Origin: Octopus sinensis
Lineage: Eukaryota
DNA length: 64,000 bases
Assembly: GCF_006345805.1 (NCBI RefSeq)
Contig: NC_042997.1
Coordinates: forward strand, 212,040,001-212,104,000
Direction of reading: 5' to 3'
A program made the translations under genes and the position numbers. Positions 40,650 through 53,358 of this stretch are shown in pieces. Below the pieces are notes generated by a model, which was not told where the DNA came from, searched no databases, and worked only from the letters and a program-made list of their open reading frames with translations. Positions within the stretch are counted from its first letter, which is position 1; the number at the start of each line of letters is the position of its first letter.

Positions 40650-43451
40650 CTGTAATTTAGAAATCAAAAATCAGTTTGGAACATTGGAAATCCATTATAA
40701 ATATTGGAAGACATCAAGCCGACAACTGTTAAGCAAACATCAGAACAACATAAGAAATACAGAAGGAAAAAAAAAATCTGAAAAAAATAAAAAACCAAAC
40801 AAAATCAATTAGGTTAGACAAACATAACAACGTTTTGTGAATCCATTAGAGAGGATAAAAGAGAGGAGGAGGAGGCATGGCTGGAGAGACACTCACTCAC
40901 TGATGCACTTTTCAAAGAAGCTCCACTTCCATTTAAGAAATAAATGGCAGTTCCAGTCTGCATGTATCAGAGTTTTCTTTAAGAACAGCCACGGCTTGTT
41001 TGGCAGATGGAATTCTTGAAGAAATAACAGACACTCGTTGATTCCTTTCAAAACATTTTGTATTGCATTGAATTCCACCAAAATAATTGACGACACAGTT
41101 TTGGTTTACTTTGCCCGTAATTATATATATATATGCGGATGTGCACATATACAATGTGTGTATGTGTGTGTGTATATGAGTGTGTGTGTGTGTGTGTGTG
41201 TTTGTGTTTGTGTGTGTGTATGTGTGTGTGTGTGTGTGTGTGTACACTTTTTCCTGTCTTATAAGAATTAAATACTCAATCTTTCTGCTATTTTCACAAC
41301 TATACTCTGTTTGAAATTTACTTTCTTGTCTGTAATACACACACACACGCACACACACACACATACACACACACACACACACACACGCACACACACACAC
41401 ACATACACACACACACACACGATAGAACATTGGTTTACAAGTTAATTTGTTCCTGAAGGCTGTTTGTCATCTGAAATGTTGGTAAATCGAAGAGAAGGCA
41501 ATTCAGGAGACGAAGGTAAATTGGATCAGTGATGTGCACCGAGAGAAAGCATAAAAGCTACGACAGTAAGAGATGCTCCCTCACCCCACAGACACAGCCA
41601 GCCTGTCCCCAACAGTTGTTGCCCCCTTGCATGTTCATTACTCGAGACACTGCTACCTAAGATATTGTTTGTGATGTGTTTGTAAACGAAGGTTTCACTG
41701 ATTGTATATATGTGTGTATATGTATGTATCATCATTACCATCCCAACTCCTCCCACCCCCACATCCACTCTTTCAACCCTTCCCAATCTTTACAAAGGTT
41801 GTCTACTTCTCTTTCTCCCATTTCTCTTGTCTCTTTCTCCCTAAACATTTTTGCAAACCCCACCCATGACTAGTCATCTACTACCTATTTCTTTACTACC
41901 CACAAGGGGCTAAACACAGAGGGGACAAGCAAGGACAGACAAACGGATTAAATCGATTACATCGACCCCAGTGCATAACTTACCTTGAGATGCCATCTGG
42001 ACACCCCATCACTGCTATTTATCTCTTCAGAGATCCACCAATTTATTCTCTCTCTCTCCTAAATGCCTGTTGCAATGTAGCTCCTCCACAACAAACCCTG
42101 CTCTACCCCAACCATTTCTCTTATACATTGCCCCAATCTAACATAGAGACAATGTCCTCTGCTTGGGTTTTGTGTTCTTGCTAGCTGGATGGCGACCTCA
42201 CTGCTGCTGGTGCCACATCATAAAAAGCACCCAGTCCATGCTGTGAAGTGGTTGGTGTAAGGAAGGGCACCCAGCTGTAGAAACCATGTGAAAGAGGACA
42301 CTGGAGCCTGATGTAGTTCTTGGGCCTATTGGATCCTGTTGATCCTATGCTAACATCAAACATGGATGTTAACTGATGATGGTGGTATGTATGTTGCTCC
42401 AGCATGGCTGCAGTCATATGACTGAAACAAGTAGTGAAATAATAGAATACATATGCACACACACACACTTACTTCCATAGGGCGCTGGCCCTTCTCTCTT
42501 TCTGACCCATCATGCATTGCTTACATCTCATCTAACACTCTTCAATCTTTCAATCTGTCGTAGGACTTGGCTGCCATAAAACCTGTGAAGCCGGCACAAT
42601 TGCCACGTATTAGATCTCCTTCTCCCTTGTTTTGCTCTTCTGGTTACTGCCCTCTCTTCCCTTTCCCCTGGAACCACTTCCATCCCTCATTATCATCCCT
42701 GCCCACACTATTTCCACCAATTACTATAGCCTCTTTTGTACCTCTAGATCTGCCCACCTCTCCTACTTCTTGCACATCATCCCACTGCTTTCTGCTCCGG
42801 TCCCTTTCCTGAACTGCTAACATTTCTCTGCAACAGCACTTCCACCATTGTTCATCACTCTCCTCCCCACTCACCCCCTTTATGAAAATACCCATTCTCT
42901 CATTCTCCCTCCCACCACCCTCTCTTATGCTCCCCTTTTCCTTCCTTCAGAGTTTGCCCTTTGACCCTATCGCAAGGCTTCCTCTCTACCTCCCTTAGCT
43001 ATGTCTCTCCTCTATTGCCGTGTAAGCCTCCCAACACCCAGCATAAATCCATAGAACCACTCTCCCTCCTCCCACTTTTGAATACGCACCCCCACCTCTT
43101 TTAGTTGAGGGGGTCCTTTTCCATTTTCTGTCTTCTTTTCTAGGAAGTCAACTGGTGACCTCACAAGGGCCAATGACATGGAAAAAGCATTGAAACAGAG
43201 GAACCGTGCCAAAGTTGGCATTGGAGTTTGCTGTAGCACCGTGGCCTGCAGGGTCGAGTCAAACTGTCCAATCCATGCCAGCATGGAAAATGGATATTAA
43301 ATCATGATTCACACACACACACACACACACACGCATTTATATACATATAGTAATGTAACAAGATTATGTTTTAAGGATGATTATGATGATGATAGTAGTG
43401 GTAATGATGCTGATGATTATTGGTCTCAACAACAACAAGAATTACATTTAC

Positions 43452-43573
43452 CTTGGATTGAGATTCGCCAATGCAGAATCTAAAATCTCTGTAGTTTTGT
43501 CGCTTCCTTGTGGAAGACTGCCAGCGGCACCAAGGTCTTGCGGTAATGGTTCTGCATCATCTTCCTCAGAGCG
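43452..43573 (-). CDS. CdsA: CDP-diacylglycerol synthase (phosphatidate cytidylyltransferase), internal exon in the N-terminal region
   Basis: 122-nt exon between tttctttgcag and gtaaat. Encodes RSEEDDAEPLPQDLGAAGSLPQGSDKTTEILDSALANLNP plus AG. Resembles the LPQGTDxTPEILDSAL segment of insect CdsA. Ends in phase 2, matching the next exon. Confidence 0.9.
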
Positions 43574-44399
43574 CTGCAAAGAAAAACACACAATTTCTAA
43601 GACACAGATACAATTATTGGAAGCAGGCACAAACATTTTCGGTGCTCGGTCACCACTTTTGATAATTTTCAAATAACTTTTCATAATCTGAATGATTGTA
43701 TTGCTGAAATTGTCAAAAGGAAGGACCAATGTGCAGAGGTGTGACAGAACAACAACAACAACAAACACACATATAAACACCAAAAAGGAAAAAAAAACCC
43801 CCAAAACCCAACCACAACAAATCCTCAACCATTGTTCGGTGAGGAGTTCCATGATTTTAGAAACTGTTTTAAGTGAAGAAATAGACTTTCTTCCAGCTGA
43901 CCGACCCTTCTTTCAGAGAAACATTGAAGAAGGGACAGCTAAAAGGAGGAGAGGCGGCACCATTACTAGGCTGGTACTTATCTCAGCTGAGCAGACTGAA
44001 GCAACATGAAATGAACTAACTTGCTCAAGGATATAATGAACCACTCAGTGTAGGAATCAAAACTGACAACTCATGATCTTGAGCTGAACCACCGGGCCAC
44101 GCATGCATGCACACACACAAATTACATGAAGATGAGAAAAGCTGTGGGTCCTTTAAATTGGTTGGCATCCTTTCTGTCTCGGGAGACAATGGAGTTGCGC
44201 ATAAAGTAGTCTAGTCCGGCTTTTATATTTCATGTCCTGATACATTTCTTGCTGTGGCTGTGTAGTCCTATCTGGTTGGTTGGTTGGCATCTTAAAATAC
44301 TTTAAGTCCTTTAAATACTGTCCATGATATTCTAAAGGAGACTTAGCAAAATAGGGCTTGAGATAATCCCTGATATAGTGAACCAGGGAACAGAGGTGG

Positions 44400-44740
44400 G
44401 TGTCGTTATCTAATGACTAGTTTAATAGCAGTAAAATAATCAAGTGTTAATGAGAGCAAAGGAGGGTCTTCAGAAAGAAGCAGCCACAGAGACATCAAAC
44501 GGATGGAGGAAGTTTTGAAAGAAAGAGGTGTGTTGTAGCATCACTGATGCAGTTTGGATTTCACCTGGGTAAGAGTAGCACTGGTCCTCTATCTACAGAG
44601 AGATGTTAGTTAAGAGTTGGCCTCTCTCGTATACGCTGATGTGGAGAAGGCCTTCAACAAATGCCATGGTCTACAGTCAGGTGGTCTTTAAGAAGACAAG
44701 TTATCCAGTGTACAGAAGAGACAAACAGAAAACGAGAACT
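44400..44740 (+). mobile_element. Degenerate RTE reverse transcriptase fragment
   Basis: Readable remnants MQFGF and VYADVEKAFNK (compare FVDLEKAFDRV). Confidence 0.5.
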
Positions 44741-45790
44741 CACTCTGGTGTATCCAGGGTGAACCCTGGACAGACCAGAAAGAACGGAAAAGTCAACCTT
44801 GGTGGAATCTGAACTGAGAACATAAAAACAGATAAAAGGCCCCTAAGCATTTTGTCCGACACCCTAAGGATTCCACTGGGTTGCCAACAACAACAACAGC
44901 AGCAGCAGTAATAATAATCTTTTCTGCTTTCGACATAAAAAAGGAAATTGTAGGGGAGGGGATAATTAATTATGTCTACCCCAGTACTCAACTGGTACTT
45001 ACAGACCCTGAAAGAATGAAAGGTAAATGTGACCCCCAGCAGAATTTGAACTCAGACCATAAAGAAGGAGTAAATGCCTTTTGTCTGGTATGCTAACGAT
45101 TCTGCCAGCCTGCCATCTTAGCCGCGGCATTGGCAGCGGCATGGTAATGGATGACATTGTCAACAGCAACGAAACAGCTGTCATCAGAAGGAAGCTGCAA
45201 CTAATTCATATCTCTGTAACCATTGAAGTTGTAGACTGAACACCAATCTGTTTGGTCATAGCAACCCTTCACAAGCAGACGATTCAGTCTTTGCAGTCCT
45301 CATGACACATTGCATCATACATTAGTAAATAAAATTACGTAAATCGGAGAAGATAACACCAAAATTTTAGTAGGTTTCCTCAACAATTAGTCATGGAAGC
45401 TATATTATAAGTAAAATACAATAAAAGATAGTGACAGCACAGTATCAAACTAATTCCACTTTTTACTGCAAAAATAAACCTGGAATTAAAGATAAAAAGT
45501 TTGAAATTCTCTGATATTGATATCAATGTAATTGCAACATTATTCTCATGATTACTGCTTCACAGAAAATGGCAAAAACACACACACAACAGAGAGATGC
45601 TTCATTCGGAAGAGAGGAAGAAGAAGATTTAGAGACATCAATACAGCAAGGAACTTTATTATTGCACCTGTTGAAATATAAAGGATTAATAGAGAAGTGT
45701 ATGAAACATCGTTAAATTAACGAGAAAGGCTGTCTCTTGTATATACTGGATGTATGTGTGTATACTGAACTCACATGCTCAGCATGTCAT

Positions 45791-45839
<49 letters not shown>

Positions 45840-46564
45840 AGAGAGAGAGAGAGAAGAAAGGTGATATGGAAATAGATTCTGAGTAATACTTTCTGATAAC
45901 AAAACCATTTGTAACTGTGCAAGAGATTTTCCAATTGATTGGTGATAATCCGCTTCGATTAACAACTCCTTCCATGTTAACAAAAGCTATCATCAGCAAT
46001 ATGGATTATTAGATCCTACGCACCACTGTGACCCAATTCCTTCTCACAGTTTAACACAATTTCAACATGGCTCCTTCCTGCAAGCTGATCCTCCATCCCA
46101 GCCCTAAAAAATGTGGGTTCTTCAACAGCTTTTTAAAGGAGAGAATCAACTGTAAAGATGTCTTGTAGAAGTGAATTCGTCTGAGAGAGATGAAAATATA
46201 AGTCTTACAAATCTGTGCACAACACAAATGTTTATGGTTATCAGCATGAGAAGGTTCATGCTCGTTACTATTAAGGGCACAAGGTAAAGGAATGGGTTGT
46301 TGGGTTTATTTAATGAAAAAAAGATGTCCATAACCTACAGAAACACTTGTTTAAAATCATTCCCACTCTTCTGTTTATGCTTTAAGATTACAATATAAAG
46401 CGGCAAGCAGAATTGGTGGGGTTGCTGGTGGAGAGAAAGGCTGGGTGGCATTTTCCTCTGTCTTCAGTCTCTTCCCCCCTCCCCCACCCCACCAAAAGGT
46501 GACTTTGTGCCAGACTTTGAAACACCCCCCCCCACCTGCACTGCTGTCCCTGTTGCCCTTCCAC

Positions 46565-46978
46565 AAACTACCTCCTCCAGGTACTTGATGTAGGCCTCTG
46601 TATTGGTTCTGAGGCCATACTGGAAGATGACTGAAGGCATTACGTTGCCCTCACTGGTGATCACTCCAAACACCATGATGTTGACTGGATGTTTGATTTT
46701 TATCACTCTTGGTACATGTTTTGGGGACACAGTAAGACCTCAGATCCACACCCAAACACTCTGAAATGTTCATATTGGAGCTTCCGGTGTGAATGCCAAG
46801 CAGTACAGCAAGTTGCTTCCAAATTTTCGGCAGAGTGAATTGCATCACGGTGCTGTTGTCTTCACAGATAGTCCCCAACTGACCCTACTATACTGTGTAG
46901 TCAACAAAACAAAAACAGACAGTGTGCATGCATGAAATTAAAAATATAAAATGACGACAATTTACCCATTGCACCGTG
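46565..46978 (-). mobile_element. Tc1/mariner element, internally deleted and truncated
   Basis: TA|CACGGTGCAATGGG end; N-terminus MQFTLPKIWK..LLGI..GSSN.NISECLGV fused to KHPVNIMVFGVITSEGNVMP...NTEAYIKYLEEVV. Confidence 0.8.
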
Positions 46979-47006
46979 TATGTATATATGTATATAAGAG
47001 ACCAAG

Positions 47007-47745
47007 ACCTTTGGAGGTACGGCTGTGATTGAGAAGACCCAGCAAGTAAAGTGAGATCACAGCTGTGACCGATACTAGTGTCACATAACCAGTCCACTTA
47101 GCCCTTTCGTTACTACCCCGGCTGAAACCGGCTCTAGATCTGAGTACAAATGTCTTATTTTCATAAGTTTTGAATTAAAATCTTCCACCAAACCTTAGTC
47201 ACAATTTATGTTACTAACACTAGCTAAATGATAACTAAGTTATTTTACTAAATTCTTTGTTATATTTAAAATTAATTGAAAGAAACACAGAGCATCTCAA
47301 AATAAAAACAGTAACGAAAGAGTTAAAAGTACCCTTGAATTGTTGGGCGATATGCTGTGCTTGAGAAAACATGTGGCATCAGGTGAAATTGTAGTCATGG
47401 CTGATGCCAGTGCCACCTGACTGGCACACATGCTGGTGGCATGTAATAACCACCATTCAAGTGTGGGTCAATGCCAGTGCCGCCTGACTGGCTCTCTATG
47501 CCAGTGACACATAAAAAGCACCATCCAAACGTGGTCGATGCCAGTGCCACCCCCACCCCCCACTGGTGGCATGTAAAAACAGAGACTACACCCTCAGAGT
47601 GGCTGGTGTTAGGAAGGGCATCAAGCTATAGAAACCATGCCAGATCAGATTGGAACCAGGCGCAGCTGCTCTCTGGCTTGCCAGTCCTCAGTCAAACTGT
47701 CCAACCCATGCCAGCATGGAAAGCAGACGTTAAACGATGATGATT
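47007..47745 (+). mobile_element. RTE LINE 3' end
   Basis: RDQDLWRY...EKT..K* remnant plus UTR and (GAT)n; contains the piggyBac MITE. Confidence 0.8.
47102..47322. mobile_element. piggyBac-type MITE nested in an RTE tail
   Basis: TTAG|CCCTTTCG...CGAAAGAG|TTAA; removing it restores ccacttaaaagtacc of the RTE tail. Confidence 0.85.
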
Positions 47746-48579
47746 TATCAATACACACATATATCTATGTGTGTATGTGTGAGTGTGTGAATATTTACAT
47801 TTGTTTTTAATTTAAGCACAAGGCCAGCCATGTTGAGGGGGAGGGGGTTAGCCGATACTGTTGACTCCAGTGAGATTTGAACACGGAAACTTAGAGCCAC
47901 AACAAATAGCACAAGACATTTTGCCAACACTAACGCTTCTGCCAATTTGCTGCCTCAGAAACCATTAATAATAAAAGCTGGGAGTTGTGCAAATTATGGG
48001 CTGCACAGAAATTATACAAGAAGTCAAGAGACATGTTGACCATGGCATGTTGTTGTTACATTTGAGAAAGGTGAGTTGGCAGGGAGGGGTGGGTGGGGTG
48101 GAAAGAAAACAACCCCTGCTGCCACCATGTGGATTGGACTTTTGAAGTCTAAATCAATATGGCTAAACTGGAGCCCTGAGGGTGGGAAATGTGGGCTTTC
48201 ATGAATAAACTGACTGGATCAAGGGACATCATCATCATCATCATCATCAACATTTAGCGTCCGCTTTCCATGCTAGCATGGGTTGGACGGTTCAACTGGG
48301 GTCTGGGAAGCCAGAAGGCTGCACCAAGCTCCAGTCTGATCTGGCAGAGTTTCTACGGCTGGATGCCCTTCCTAATGCCAACCACCCTGAGAGTGTAGTG
48401 GGTGCTTTTTACGTGCCACCTGCACAGGTGCCAGACGGAGCTGGAAAACAGCCACGGACGGATGGTACTTTTTACGTGCCACCAGCACGGGGACCAGGCG
48501 AGGCTGGCAACGGCCACGAACGGATGGTGCTTTTTACGTGCCACCAGCACGGAGGCCAGTCGGGGCACTCAATAATAAA

Positions 48580-48611
<32 letters not shown>

Positions 48612-51600
48612 TAATAATAATAATAATGATAATGAATACTTTTTCCTTTTTCTCTGTCTTTCTTCCCCTTTTCTCTATCACATGACTTTGTAAATGAACA
48701 ATCTGCTGTGTTTATTTTAATGGCCTACCTACCAATGTATACAGTGTGTTTTTCTGCCCTAGGTGTCAGGAAGACACTTGGCAAGAAATGGGAACAGAAG
48801 TGAAAGATGATGACAATGATGATGATGATAATAATAATAATAAAAAAAATAACAACAACAACAACAACAACAATTGTTCCAAATTTTGAATAACAAAGAA
48901 AATGAAAAAAAAACAGGATGAGTGTGAGGATGGCTATGTGGTGAGAGCAAAATTCCTGTTGATTGTAACATTACTGAGTGAACTTTATTAGATGTAGAAA
49001 ACACTTCAAAGTGTTTTTCAAGTGTTGGGGGTGGGGGTGGGTGTGCCGACACAGCCATAAATTCTCGTTATCTGACTTGTTTGACCTTAGCAGAGGTGGA
49101 AATTATAAAAGAGAAGATTCAATCCATTCTACTTGTGACAGATAAAACCTTAAGTTAGGAATAAAACCTTGTTAAGACAGGAAAACAGCTGTTGTGTGGA
49201 ACCAGAGGTCATTTCTCAATGACAATATCATATGGAGCTGTCTTCACTAAACTGGACCAGAGAAACAGTATTAAATCAAAGGTGGAGACAAAACAGAGGC
49301 GCCATGAAAATATCTCTAATATCAAATAGTTGAGACACTACTTCTACAGCACCGTTTAAAGGAAGGATGAACATTTTGTCTGAAGAAGCAGACATGATGG
49401 TCTTTAGTCATTGCTACCTGTGTTCTTAATCAACGATAATGAAGAAGAAGGAGATTTCAAATCAGAAAGAATATTTCACTGGAAAATTTACAATTTTTTT
49501 TTTGTCTAATAATAAAACATTTTGGTTTAGAGGCTATTTCAATGACAGAGGGTATAATTAATTAGTGTCATTTACATTAATTATGGTTGTTATTCTCACT
49601 CGCTCTCATCACCTTGTCCCAAAGTAGAAAGAAAACAAATGGAGTAATTTGTATTTTGTTTAGAGAAATGAAAATCCTGTATTTTTGGTTTCTAAAATAT
49701 TTCACTCGAAATAAACGTTTGAATAAACACTTAAGAAGAAACTGAGAAACTGTCTGCAGAGCAGTTTCCTGTTAGCATCAAAATCTGATCATTAATATAG
49801 GTCTGTACAATTACATTGAATATATTCGTACACATTCAAATGTAGAAAGAAAGCATGCGAAAAATACAGCACTGGGCCATGAATTATGTTACTGGAGTGT
49901 AGGAGATGCTTTTCTGCGTTGTTAGGCATCATCAGTTATGGGCAGTGAATCTGTTGTTTGGAGCCCATTAACAACTGTTCTTATATTTAAATAGCAAACA
50001 ATATATTTGCTGATGTGTGCAAAGTTTTGTCAAGCTAGAATTAATAAATTAAAAATGCACTAAACATGGGGTTGATTGGAATATAGATGTGTACAATATT
50101 AAATGCTTTGTGTGGACTTGAAAGTGGAAAGACCTTTGCTGGTAATTAAACATTTAGTTGAATTTAGAGACAACGGCTAGCATTCTGCTTCTCACAAGGT
50201 TTAGATCATTGCTGTGACACAACCAGAATTAACTGATCCGACCCAAATATATTATTGAGATATAACTTATTTACTTCTGGAGTGATATGCAACCAAATTG
50301 ATTCTGGTAAATTCAGAACTCCAGACAAGGAGTTAATGGAATTAGTTAAACAGCTTCATATTTTCTTTCAGTGGCTATTTTTGAGGGACTTAAAATAAAA
50401 TATTAATTAATTATTAACAAAAGAGTAAATCCTTAATTGGAAATTATGAATATGGAAATACTTATGAAAAATTAAAACAAAAAGAAGGTTAGTGAAATTT
50501 TGGGAAGCCCATAGCCCTCTGTGAACTGTATTATTGTTTTTAACCCTGAGTAAACAGAGCTGCTTAGCTCTGGGTCAACTGTGTTGTTTAGTTGTCTGGG
50601 TTAAACAGAAACATTTCAGGGTTACAGATGACCCCTTCTATGAATGCCAGTTTTTACTAAGTTGTGGTCAATGAAAAGTCTTGGAGATGTTAGGAGAATT
50701 AATATCCAAGTGTCTAATCATCACAGCTGTTTGAGTGGCAGCAGCAGATGGTTTCACTCATTGCCAACATCAAATATTTATGAACAACTGCACACAAGAC
50801 GAAATATCATCAATCTAGATGACAGCAGAAATAAATTTAATTATTTCATTTCTTTTGATTAAAATCAATGGATGTTTCGACCGATGAACTGACAGCGATT
50901 TCAAGAACTAATGGTCACAAACTGCTGCCATATAAAGGATAGAAACCAAAAAAGGAAACAGTTTGCTTAATCTGATTAGATTGAAGTAGAAATCAGAAAG
51001 AGTGTAAAGTTGATTAAAAGTTGATGACAAAACCCTAGATTTTCGTTTCTAGATTCTTTTGATAAAAAAAAAAATTTTTAAATTGTGAAATTGTTGGGAT
51101 TCGTTCTTGTATATAATTAACCTGAATTTGGCTGGAATAAAAGTTGATAATTAGAATTGCTGACCCAGTTTGTATAGTTTGATGTAAAGATTGAATGTTA
51201 CGGTTACTTTACTGAATGAAAAGAGTAAACGGTTGATCAAAAACGAAACAGAACAAAACAAGGATCACGTCAGACATCTGCCGATCACTGCAATTGACCC
51301 TCTTGATGGAATGGAAATGAAATAATCACCTGGTTTACAAGAGGAATATTGTAGCAAAAATTATTTGGAAGATAAATCAGAGAAACTCCATTATTTGTAG
51401 TTATCTTTCAACTGGCACTGAGACAACCTATTTTTAACATTGGTAATATAGGGACTACTGTCATCAACCAATCTTATATTACACACCTGTAGTCATAGAT
51501 TACAGGTGTGTAAGTCATTCATCTGAAAAGTATGGTAACCATATTAGTTGTGAGAAAGCCAACCCTCCATTAATACAAGCTTTGGCTCATTAACAATTAA

Positions 51601-52145
51601 GCAACGATGCTAATTTTTACAGTTGTTAACCTTAGAAGCTATTTTCAACGAAGGCTGCCAATTCTCATGGCAGTGTTTGCAGTGTTGAGATAGTTTTCGA
51701 AGAGAGAGGAACTGAATGAGACGGAGGAATTGGTTTGCAGTTCAACAACACAAAAGAAACGATTGTGTAGAGTTTGTGAAAATGGTTTTATGAGTGGAGT
51801 GATGGGGGTTGTAAGGATGTGGAAACGGACAGAAGATGAAAACAGTCCCTAGGCATGGAAGTGAGCTAATAGTCAAGGTATGGAGTGCATCATAGCAGTT
51901 ACTATTCCTGAAATATATACTTATGGTGCTACAAGATAAGGCAGTGGGCGGGGTGGGTCGGGTGGCAGTGGTGGTGGGGGAAAAATATATTTCAGCACTA
52001 ATAAGACGAAAATAGTTTTCTAGGAAATGTAGCAGTGGTGATAGGCAGTAGTAGTAGTAGCAGTGGTAGAAAGTAAGTTGAAATGAATACAGAAGAGAGA
52101 TTTCATAGTTAACAATAGATGAGTTCATAAAGTCCAGATGTGTGC

Positions 52146-52178
<33 letters not shown>

Positions 52179-52442
52179 GATACATACATCGTATATATAT
52201 TACACTGCATCTATCATTCCACACACACACACATGTACTATAAACACACCACAGAAGTTATTGCAAGAGAAATATAATCTTGATGGAGAGAGAGGGGGGT
52301 GGAAGATCTTTCAACACAACGAAGCAATGAAGTGTTTAGTAAATATTAATGTTTTATAATGAGAGGATTAACGAGGAAGAGAGGAGGAGAGAAGTGAAGA
52401 GCAAAAGGAAATCAATGGGAAATAGAATAGAGTTGTTTGGTA

Positions 52443-53035
52443 ATCATCATCATCATCACCATCATTTAACATCTGTTTCCCATGTTGGCATGGGTTGGAC
52501 AGTTTGACCAGAGCTGACAAGGCCAGGGGCCATACCAGGCTCCATTGTTCTGGTTTCTATGCCTGGATGCCCTTCCTAATGCCAACCACTCCACAGAGTG
52601 TACTGGGTGCTTTTTTTTTATGTGGACACTAGGACTGGTCCCAATTCTGTTGTGGTAGACAGGTATTCTTGAGTACAGCAAGGTGCCAGATATCTGGGTC
52701 CTTTGTCATCTCCTTTGTAAGGCTCAGTGTTTTCAGACTGACCCTTCAATACTTCAATACTCTCTCTCTCTCTCTGATGCATGATGCATGTATATGAATG
52801 ACAATGCTACATGGTAGTGAGACATGGACCCTGAATGCAGAAGGTGCACAAAGTTTAGAGAGGAATGAAGCTAGTATGCTCTGCTTGATGTGCAATGGAG
52901 TGCATTGAGAGAAAAGTTGGGCATAAGAGGAATTGGATGCAGCGTGCAAGAGAGAAGAGTTTACTGGTTTGGTGATGTGATGCAAATGGATATCGACAGT
53001 CGCATACAGATCTGCTGTCACTTAAAGTGGAGGGA
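52443..53035 (-). mobile_element. RTE insertion with an inverted 5' segment
   Basis: Tail and ORF end on the minus strand (52443-52755); the preceding ORF segment (MLHGSETW...) is on the plus strand (52795-53035). Confidence 0.75.
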
Positions 53036-53075
53036 GACACAGTATGATAATAATAATAATAATAATCATCACCAT

Positions 53076-53358
53076 CACGTGACCGACCAGTCCATCAGAT
53101 GTAGTTACACATCGCTGGTCACAATGTGTTTGCATTGTTTTAGCCTTCAAATCACGCCACCCCACTGGCTAAGCGAGCAGGCCAACAGAAGAAAGAGTGG
53201 TGAAAGAGTACAGCAGGGATCACCACCCCCTGCCGGAGCCTCGTGGAGCTTTTAGGTGTTTTCGCTCAATAAACACTCACAATGCCCGGTCTGGGAATCG
53301 AAACCGCGATCCTACGACCGCGAGTTAGCTGCCCTAACCACTAGGCCATTGTGCCTCC
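53076..53358 (-). mobile_element. SINE family D, tail type 1
   Basis: Well-preserved copy ending ggtcggtcacgtgat. Confidence 0.85.

Noticed and set aside
40893-41096. Minus-strand ORF between the two CdsA exons
   Set aside because: The two exons already join in phase with continuous homology; this peptide has no recognisable similarity.
50865-50910. Hammerhead-like GAAAC motif on the minus strand
   Set aside because: No CTGAnGA core or convincing stems.
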